Below are positions 27,801 to 36,806 of a stretch of DNA of 64,000 nucleotides, piece after piece (position 1 is the stretch's first letter; the number at the start of each line of letters is the position of its first letter). The DNA is taken from the NCBI GenBank assembly GCA_030248215.1, contig JASANG010001546.1, positions 496,001-560,000 of the forward strand, written 5' to 3'. The notes below the pieces were generated by a model. That model saw nothing but the letters and a program-made list of their open reading frames with translations. It ran no database searches and was not told where the DNA came from. This DNA is from Enoplolaimus lenunculus. Its lineage: Eukaryota. The translations under genes and the position numbers were made by a program.

Positions 27801-30800
27801 TCGATTCATGAAAACTTGCCTGGTTGTGTTGTTTAGTAGGTATATTTAGCACAATACCTTGAATATTAAACGCCAAGGAATATGTACGTACATACGAACG
27901 TAAATAAGCTAAACGTCACATGTTCTGCGTATGTATAAAATGCTTATACAAAAAATAAGCATGAAAATAAATAAAACCCACACATCATAAGCATATGTTT
28001 GGTTCAATAGCTAGCATTCATGATGTTAAGCGTAACTGGATTAAAACGGAATCGGAACAGCAAATTGGTATTGTAATCGGAACTACAAACTTTGTTACTA
28101 TAAGGATAATTTGTGCCCACAATAATATAGCTATAATATTGATTTAGGTGTATGTTGCAGGGTGGCAACAAAGGTTCGGATTCGTATTCGGATTCGGCAA
28201 AAACTTGTAGTTCGGATTCGGATTCGGTTGTAAAAAAACCGAATCCGAAATCCTAATCCAACAGTGTTGTTCGGCAATATGTTATTACAGTTATAATCAA
28301 CAAAAAATTTGATATCTTGTTATATTAGTAAAAAAATTTTGTTTCAGGTCACAAATCTCAAAACTGAGGTCGGTCACGAAATTGAAACGTTTAAAAGTTA
28401 TGTGGCTGGCAATGCGTTGATATTCTGAAACAAATTATAGATATAACTGAAACTGGCAACGTGCAAGATTGGTGCCACCCTGGTCTGTCTGCTTGTAAAA
28501 ATCTTCAAAAACGTCAAATGAACAAACTGGTGATAATTTTTAGTTCTGTTAAGCTGAACTACAATTACTTGTTAATATTTTAAAACTAAACTGTAGTTTT
28601 GTGTGTTTAGATGTTGAAATGGACAGAAATTTTATGTATTATATCAGAACAAGAAGGATTAAACTGATTCCGATTCAGTGTGCAAAATTCGTCTATGTAT
28701 ATAGCGCTAATTCTGTATATAAATAAAAGCAGTGGAAGTGGCACTAATTCTTTCTGAGGTCTGGATTCGATTTAACATGGTATCAAGAGCGAGACGTCGT
28801 ACAAAAGCAAGCCAGTAGTATTTACACAAGATGAGCAACTAAGACTACCTTTCTCATCCCTGTAACCTGCTTAAATTTTCCGTGAATTAAATTACAAAAT
28901 TTACCTTAAACTTCATTTTACTGACCTGTTGACTAGAAGACGAATGATCACTGCTCGAACTTGTACGATGATTATATTTACTGCTGCTCGTGTCGTTGTT
29001 TTGCATAGTGACATGGGAATGCAATGATAATGGCTGATCTGCCAAATTGTTCAAATTTGACCGCTGCTGTAATGTTCCAATGTCCGGCTTTGCTGAGCAT
29101 GCTTTATCGGGCAACGGGGGCCGGGGACGATGTTTTTGATGTTGTTCGGATGGCAACACGGGTTTGTGCACGCTGGACTGAGCTTTTAAAGGACTGCCTG
29201 AGCCTGGCGAATTCGGGTACAACCCTGATGGTTTAATCGATTGATGTGGAGGTGCCGGTGCGTGATGTGATTTAGTTGGTGGGATACGCGGTGATGAACC
29301 CTGTTGTGGTTGTTGTTTATGACGGCTTTGACTAGGTACTGTTATAGTAGGCGGTGACGCAAATCCGCTGCCACTTCCAGGATTCATGGCTGTCAGTGAA
29401 CCAGATCGATCTTTTTTCTCGAACAATTTGAGCGAGTCCATCACGCTGGCACCTACGCCACCGGACCCAGCTACACAAATGTTATCAGACGAACCACCAG
29501 CATTATTACTGCGATCGTTTGTTGTAGATCCTCCTCCAATCGCAAACGCTGCGTTTCCGCCACGTAAACCTGAACCTACCCCGTATTTTGAGGGACCATT
29601 TGGCACACTGGACGATGAGTAATCGATATTTTGATGATCAGCATTGCTACCGATGTTAACAAGCGACGATGCCGAATTCGATGACTGTAGTAAGCGATCA
29701 GGCTTTTGAGCAAGCGGTGGTTTCGGTCCTAATCCAGCCAACTGAGCGTTAATACCTGTTACAGTTTCTCGTGCACCAGAGCCAATTGCGGCAGTATGAT
29801 TTGAGCGTCCAATCGTTGTCGCGTTACTGCCAGATACTGATGTTCCGTACCGATTTGTAGTAAACGATGGCTCAGATACTTTCCGCATATGATCAGGCGG
29901 TGACGGTGAATGTTTTGGACTTGACACGCCCTCTGAAGAAAAAAGTATGTGTATGTATATTAAAACTGAAAACAAATGGCCTTATTTCAGATTCAGGTGT
30001 TGCAAAGCGTAACCAGGCTTTTGGAGTGCTCTTTGCTCTAAAGCATACAATTGTGATAAGTTGGGTAGGCTAGGGTACGACAGTTTTTAGTTCTGAGTTC
30101 TCAACAGTTGACAATGAGGGACGCTCCCAGGAGGTTTCGAACTCGGTTGACAGATTATCAGTCCAGCGCGCTATCCACTGAGCCACGTCGCCTCACATTC
30201 GACTGCTGAGTTTTTCTGTTTTTATGTCTTATAAGAACCTCAACATTATACACATAACACACGTATCTTGGTTCTTCAATGTTTTACCGCTTCTGCATAT
30301 GAAGGCACTACATATGCATCAACGTTTTACCGATGTGCAGCATTAGCATTAGGTTTCATTTTGCCTCCATACATCCGCATGTCACAACAATCAGCGATTT
30401 GGGGCTTTTGTTGTGAAAGAAAGGACGTAAGAGTAATATGTACGTTGTCAGCCTACACTGGAACCAAGGCCATCTGACCTTTCTACCAAGCAGCTGGAAA
30501 AGCGGGCTAGAGCGGTGATCGAACTCTCAGCCTATGGATCCTTAAGCGAGCACTCTACCACTGCGCCACGTAGCCCGTCTCTCCAACTGCATTTTTCGTC
30601 GACTATATGTGTTGACTGTACAACACAATGTGCATTGCATTTATTGCATATGCACCAGGACAAACATGTCTCACATGCTTACATGCCCTTATTTTCAACA
30701 AGGTCGTTCCTTGACCGTCCATCCTATTTTCGACTGGATACCGTGTTCATAGCGCGACAATTTACCATTGCGTCCTCGGAGTAGCCCCATGTCAGCCTAG

Positions 30801-32099
30801 GTAGGAACCAAGGACATCAGACCTTTCTACCAAGCAGTTGGAAAAGTGGGCTAGAGCGGGGATCGAACTCGCAGCCTATGGATCCTTAAGCGAGCACTCT
30901 ACCACTGCGCCACGTAGTCCGCCTCTCCAACTGCATTTTTCGTCGACTATATGTGTTGACCGTACAACACAATGTGCATTGCATTATATTGCATATGCAC
31001 CAGGACAAGTATGTCTCACATACTTACATGCCCTTATTTTCAACAAGGTCGTCCCTTGACCGTCCATCCTATTTTCGACTGGATCCGTGTTCATAGCGCG
31101 GCAGTTTACCATTGCGCTCACGGCGTAGCCCCCATGTCAGTCTAGGTAGGAACCGGGACATCAGATCTTTCAACTAAAGCAGCTGGAAAAGCGGGGATCG
31201 AACTCTCAGCCTATGGATCCTTAAGCGAGCACTCTACCACTGCTCCACGTAGCCTGCCTCTACAACTGCATTTTTCGTCGACTATATGTGTTGACCGTAC
31301 AACACAATGTGCATTGCATTTATTGCATGTGCACTAGGACAAGCATGTCTCACATGCTTACAAGGAAAGTCGCAGCTTTTATATAAGTACCTGTTCGTTT
31401 CTTGATTGCCGCACTCAGCTGCGACTGTAAGTCGTTTGAGCAAGGAGTTGCAACGCTACAGCTGGTATTACGTGGAGTTAAAGCGGAAGGCGATGCATTT
31501 GACGAGTTTCCTGCACGTCCAGCGTTTCCTATAACAGCGTACAGCACAGATGTTTAATTAAGTATTTATATAAATGGCAACTTTTCGAGCTGTTGTCAGA
31601 TATTCATTGCTGAAAGGCTCGACATAACTTTTTTCGCAGTGACTTTTGTTCAGAATAGAAGTAAGAATAGTAAGAAACACAGCTGATATTAAAACACCTT
31701 TTCAGCAACTGCCAGAGCCTGATGATGAAGTGTCCATCTTCGGATTTAGTATTTTTATATCCGGTCGCAACCTGTTGTTTGCAATTGAAAACAACAAAAT
31801 AGTTAAACTTAATTCCCTGATGCATTTTTAAGTTCCTAACGGTTTGTGTGATCAGAAATATACTAATATCCAGACAAAAAACACAAAATCACACCTTTAG
31901 AATCAATGAAAGGTCCGCTGCGATCATTTGTTATCGTTTTCTTCAGTTTTGTACCTTTATGAATGTCAGATAATAACGCAGCTCTGTTTGTGCCACCGCC
32001 TGATATTCCTGACTTTGCTTTTCCAGCAAGTGAAGGCGGCGGTGGTGGTGGACCAGGAGCGCCCGGAGGGGGTATCGGAGCAGGTGGTGGTGGTGGCAT
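21833..32099 (-). CDS. WIPF: WASP-interacting protein (WIP/verprolin family)
   Basis: In-phase exons 32099-31895, 31528-31391, 29932-28926, 24362-23945, 22722-22612, 21978-21833. N-terminal polyproline and WH2 domain (RAALLSDIHKGTKLKKTITNDRSGP), Pro-rich middle, and C-terminal WASP-binding motif FASRFRFVDIWDLPPPEPF. Confidence 0.9.
26857..27125. mobile_element. MITE with long imperfect TIRs in TA context
   Basis: ATATGTCGCAGGCCAAT ... ATTGGCCTACGACATAT. A related partial copy lies at ~25995-26245. Confidence 0.6.
28158..28482. mobile_element. hAT-like MITE (CAGGGTGGCA ends) nested in an older MITE
   Basis: CAGGGTGGCAAC...GGTGCCACCCTG. Same family as 44585-44957, in the opposite orientation. 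Confidence 0.65.
30052..30386 (-). mobile_element. Solo LTR of tRNA-bearing TRIM family B, copy 1
   Basis: TGTGA...TCACA inverted termini with a perfect 5-bp TSD ACAAT (30047-30051, 30387-30391). Minus-strand tRNA-like core at 30192-~30119 (box A TGGCTCAGTGG, loop CTGATAA, box B GAGTTCGAAAC). Confidence 0.85.
30446..31362 (-). mobile_element. Tandem-array TRIM family A: LTR-I-LTR-I-LTR with a tRNA-like sequence in each LTR
   Basis: LTRs at 31362-31135, 31028-30790 and 30683-30446 (sense TGTAAG...CTGACA). The 106-bp internals start with PBS-like TGGGG(G)CTAC and end with purine-rich GAAAATAAGGGCA. No TSD is visible. Confidence 0.85.
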
Positions 32100-32919
32100 G
32101 CTAATGTAGCACGTTGACTATTGCAAGTACAACCAAGATTTCAAGTTTCTGTTAAATTCAGGGAATGCGGTGACTGCTTAAAATTAAGTAGCTAAGAATC
32201 CAGATTACTAGTAAATGTTGCAAATGAGCACGATAGAGCTGCTACTGTAAAACATAATACAATTAAGCCAAACAAAACATGTACTAGGTTAATTAAAGCT
32301 GCCTAGACATTAACACAAACCGGTATGCTGATCCATACCACATTTCTGTTGGATCTACTCTTATGTAAGTTTGTATATCAAAAACACAGACCGCACCATG
32401 GCCTAGAAAACGGACAGAGCATATAGAAAATTAGTTGTGCTGAGCTTCGGGAAGAAGCACCTAAAAGAACTATGAAATCTCGAGATATTGGTAACAAAAT
32501 TTGCATTGTAAAGTTTGATTTTAACCCTAAAAAAGTTTACACTCGGCAGCCGGTGGGGGCATGAATACCCCCATTTCCTCAGGATCCGCGCTTGTTAAGA
32601 TACGTCTCTGCAACCCAACCTTTGTGTCAAATGAATTGTATGTTTAAAATTTTAGGCATTTAGGAATGGAAATTATCAGGTGAGTTGACCTAAAAATACT
32701 TGAACCTTGCCAGTTATAGTTTTCCTTTTTGCGTTCCGCAATTGCAAAATTTTATCAGTATGAAATGTTATCATTAACTGGTGATGAGTGCTATACACAT
32801 TTGAAAACATATGCCTGGATCTCAAATAAAAAAATTTTGAAAAATGTAGCAAGCGTCATTTTTAGTCAGTGGATCCAAATTTACAAATTATAAATACATA
32901 GTATATATTTATGTGATAT

Positions 32920-33550
32920 TGGATATTCTCCCGTATGGTCTCCTTATTTGCTGAGAGACATTGATCAGGTCGAGAAAATTCAACGGTTTTTTACTAGACG
33001 CCTAGTCGGTAAATTCAAGTTGCCAGCAATGAATTATCTGGCCAGACTACAGCACTTTGGTCTTCAGTCCTTAGAACAACGTAGATTGATACAGGACATG
33101 GTATTGTTTTATAAAATATATCACGGTGATTGTGGTTTAGATCGTAATGATTTTGTTGTATCTACAACTGAGAACCGTACGAGAGGTCATGATTCCCGAG
33201 TTGTCATCAATCATTGTCACACGGATTCTCTTAAAAATAGCTTTTTCCATCGTGTTAAACCTATTTGGAATGATTTGCCGCAACATGTTAATTCAGTTCC
33301 TCTTATCCATGCTATGAAAGATAAATCATTTTGCAATACATTAAAACGGGTAGATTTCTCTAGGTATTTAAATGCGATCGTAACCTTGATTAAGATAGGT
33401 GAAAATTACGGTTTACCCCCTTTTCATCTGATTATTGTTTGTTACGGAATTGAGTTTCCTTTATTTCATACCTTTATAATGCTTTAAATTTTTCCCTGTT
33501 CAAATAATCATTTCCGCAATAAACTTTTAGTTTGTTTGTTTGTTTGTTTG
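32920..33550 (+). mobile_element. 5'-truncated CR1/L2-group LINE 3' end
   Basis: ORF2 C-terminus SPVWSPYLLRDIDQVEKIQRFFTR..YLARL..LQSLEQRRL..DM..FYKI..RTRGH..FF.RV..WNDLP, followed by AATAAA and a (TTTG)n tail at ~33530-33550. Confidence 0.85.
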
Positions 33551-33754
33551 AATTGAGCTGTATGCTATATAATTACATAACTATTATGACTACTCTTCAA
33601 GTTAACTATTTACTTGACACAAAAATGGTTAGGATATAAATATATGCAGAAGATCGTAACGGAGACTTCCAACAGATTTGTATTTAGTGTCAGTCTATCT
33701 GAGTAACGGGACTTCCGAACTTTTTACTTCAGCAGCTGGGAAATCGGTTACAGG

Positions 33755-34067
33755 TGTGATAAGTTGGGTAGGTTAGGATACGACGGTTTTTAGTTCTGAG
33801 TTCTCAGCAGCTGAAAATGAGGGACGCTCCCAGGAGGTTTCGAATTCGGTCGACAAATTATCAGTCCAACGCACTATCCACTGAGCCACGCCGCCTCACA
33901 ATCAACAGCTGAGTTTTTATGCCTTACGAGAACCTCAACACATGCATATGGTTCTTCAATGTTTTTATCGCTTCTGCATATGAAGGCATTACATATGCAT
34001 TAACGTTTTACCGATGTGCCTCATTAGCATGAGGTTTCATTTTGCCTCCATGCATCTTCATGTGACA
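33755..34067 (-). mobile_element. Solo LTR of tRNA-bearing TRIM family B, copy 2
   Basis: Aligns end to end with 30052-30386. TG...CA ends, flanks ACAGG/ACAGT (4/5 TSD match), tRNA-like core at 33895-~33822. Confidence 0.8.
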
Positions 34068-34180
34068 ACAGTTGGTTTCCGTAGACTAGACTCATGGTGC
34101 CTGTCGGTATATGTGCACGTAAGTGTATGTAAAGCAAATGTTGCCATGCCTGTGCACATATACCGGTATAATGTTGCAAC

Positions 34181-34252
34181 GACCGCGTAGTGTAGTGGTA
34201 TCATGCTTGGCTCGAGAGCAAGAGGGCCGAGGTTCGATTCCCGGCGTGGTCA
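34181..34252 (+). pseudogene. 72-nt tRNA-like sequence in LTR1 (anticodon position CGA, short variable loop)
   Basis: GACCGCG TA GTGT AGTGGTA TCAT G CTTGG CTCGAGA GCAAG AGGGC CGAGG TTCGATT CCCGG CGTGGTC A. The acceptor stem pairs fully; the T and anticodon stems have mismatches. Confidence 0.75.
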
Positions 34253-34485
34253 TTAACTTTGGCAAAACTTCAAACAGGGGTCGTGCAGACCGTATAGTAC
34301 CAACATGGAGGTCCCACCGAGACGGGCACTGCAAACAGCAAGCCCATGAAATCGGGTAGTTGGATTCACGGTCCGGGACGACCGCCTGTAAAAAAGAGGG
34401 ATGTCGGTATATGTGCACGTAAGTGTATGTAAAGCAAATGTTGCCATGCCTGTGCACATATACCGGTATAAGAAGTTGTTGCAAC

Positions 34486-34557
34486 GACCGCGTGGTGTAG
34501 TGGTTGCATGCTTGGCTCGAGCGCAAGAGGGCCGAGGTTCGATTCCCGGCGTGGTCA
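34486..34557 (+). pseudogene. 72-nt tRNA-like sequence in LTR2
   Basis: Second copy of 34181-34252 with a fully paired D stem (GTGT/GCAT). Confidence 0.75.
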
Positions 34558-35700
34558 TTAACTCTGGGCAGAACTTCAAACAGGGGTCGTCTAGACCGTA
34601 TAGTACCAACAGTGCCAAATTAATATACGCTATAAGCAAAACTTATTTTTTTATTATGACAATGGCTCACGTTTGGCGTTTGTCTGTTTTTTCCAAATTT
34701 AAGTATTTACTCAAGTCGGTGACTGAAGTAAATTAAGTATACCTTAAGTGAACAATTAAGAAAGATTGCAGAAACCCAGCCAAGTAGCTGTAAAATCGGG
34801 TTACAGGTGGTCGTCATCTCTATAGTCACCTGTTACTGATTGGTTTTCAATCAAGCGAACAGTAGCAGCGTCAAATGTCGAAACCTGCATTGAAACGAAG
34901 CAGATCAAGTACGTAATGACCGCCGTTACAATGCGATGGTGTTGGTTAACTTACCAATTTTGTTAATCATATGACATTAGGTTTATCCTATCCACAACGT
35001 CTGTCAAGTTGCATTTGCAGTTATCTTTTGAAAGCTGATGCGTAAACTTTTTCAACCCAATATTTCTTTCTGTAAGTCATTTTACCGCTCAAGACACGTA
35101 CACGTTAACAAAAACAAACTTACGAAACATCGCTTTTAAAGAAATATATTCCTCACTATGTCATGTTTTTTCGGTACGTAATAAATACGTCAGTGAGAGT
35201 GATGTTATCATAAATTGAAGTAATTTTGAAAACAGCAACCTTGGTGCAAAATTTAGCCAAGATTGGGCGTTTAAGGCAAATTTTGCCGGTTTAAACACGA
35301 AACGAATGTTGTATTATTTAGCTGAAAATCTTGTTTTGCCGTATAAACAATTTAATGATTGCTACATGCAAATGGAATGAAGGCAAAGGAGACAATATTT
35401 TCCACCTTGAAGATAATGAAATGTTTCGATTCCCGCATATTTTATAATTCTGTGTTGATATCTGGCTTTTCATAATGCGTACATTTTTCATGGAATTGTT
35501 CTGTGTACAAAGTTCACATAGCCTCTGAGTTATTTATATATACGTACCTTTTCAGCACTGCCACATATTTATTCTGCCTTATTTTTTACATTAATTAAAT
35601 CTATTAATTAAATAGGTTCTGAATTGCAATTATATTTGGATTTATTGCTTGCGATCATATATAGTAACTGCTGCAATTTTTGCTAAGCAAATTTTCGGAG

Positions 35701-35730
35701 ATGAATCACGAAAGTGGTAGGACAACTGCT
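35701..35730 (+). CDS. Candidate distal first coding exon of the septin (MNHESGRTTA)
   Basis: ATG plus 9 codons, then GTAAGT in phase 0, compatible with the acceptor at 47682. Lies just after the strand-skew switch near 35.2 kb. Confidence 0.3.
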
Positions 35731-36416
35731 GTAAGTTGATTTGTTGTGGATATTTTGCAATGGTTTTCGTTTTTAAATTGTATATATAGTCGTCAGGCAG
35801 GGTAGCAGTAAAAGTTTCAGTTCAGGTTTAGATGCTGCGAAAATTCAAGGTGCTCATTCGGGTAGAAAAAGCCTAATGCAGCAAGAATCGGTGACTTACC
35901 TGTTTACCATTTTTCGATATATACGTTTATTATTTGTAGTTGTGCACCTCGATTCATATTTCACTGGTTCGATTTTTTATTATTCCGTTGCTCTGTAAGA
36001 TTCGGATTGCTAGTTGCGAAAGTGCTTTATTTCGAAAGAAATGAAAATTCCAAGCCAACAGTTACCACGGTTCTACCGACCGAATTTCCGTTCCACCCCG
36101 GAATTCCTGCAAAAATTCAGTTTCTGTTCCTGATCCGGCATTGAAAGACGCAGGAACTGGAATTTTTACGGTTTCGGGGCAAATTCCGCAGAGTTAACTT
36201 GAAAATAAAAAATTGACGTCTCAAAAACTTATCACAGCACCTCTGATAAATTTAATTTCACTATGTATGTTTGGTTTTTCAGTTACATAATACGTAATTA
36301 TTAGCAGATATTTTCATAAAGCGCGGAGAACTATGAAAAACGTAAAATACTGCTGAAAGCCTAGTATATATCTTAATAATTTATTTTGAAAATTTTGAAT
36401 TTTTTTCGTTGATGAC

Positions 36417-36806
36417 CAGGGTGCAACCGGAATTCCGGTTCCGGCATTTTTTCACCTTCCGGTTCCGGTAAATTTTTACCGGATTTAAAAATTCCGGTAT
36501 TATAATTTGGCCGTTTTCTTAACTTTGCTAATTTAATAAGAATCTCTTTTGAAAGCCACTTGTACTCCGAATATAAGCCATTGATGGTGGATTTCACTTC
36601 AGTCGATGATGAAAATCTAAAATACAACAAATAAAATAAATATATACCTATATTCGACTAAGGTTATTTCACAAATAATAGAGCAAGAAATAAGATTAAA
36701 ATGAAATTTTTGATGATATGCATTTTTCACTTTCCGGTTCCGGTTCCGGTAAAATTTTCAAATTCCGGTTCCGGTTCCGGTAAATTGTAATTCCGGTTGC
36801 ACCCTG
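36417..36806. mobile_element. hAT-like MITE, 8-bp TSD TTGATGAC
   Basis: CAGGGTGCAACCGGAATT...AATTCCGGTTGCACCCTG with a perfect TSD at 36409-36416 and 36807-36814. Confidence 0.9.

Larger units (their letters stand above)
34102..34611 (+). mobile_element. Complete 510-bp TRIM (family C) with tRNA-like LTRs
   Basis: TSD GTGCC on both sides. LTR1 34102-34305 and LTR2 34402-34611 (TGTCGGTA...TACCAACA). PBS TGGAGGTCCCACCGAGA at 34306-34322 is complementary to the 3' end of eukaryotic tRNA-Gln. PPT AAAAAAGAGGGA at 34390-34401. Confidence 0.93.

Noticed and set aside
28690..28790. LTR end plus PBS-like TGGTATCAAGAGC
   Set aside because: There is no second LTR, PPT or TSD, the upstream sequence belongs to a MITE, and the match to animal tRNA 3' ends is imperfect.
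30052..34611. SINE or functional tRNA gene cluster
   Set aside because: The tRNA-like parts are internal to TG..CA units with PBS, PPT and TSDs, and there are no tails. Anticodon, T or acceptor stems are mispaired.
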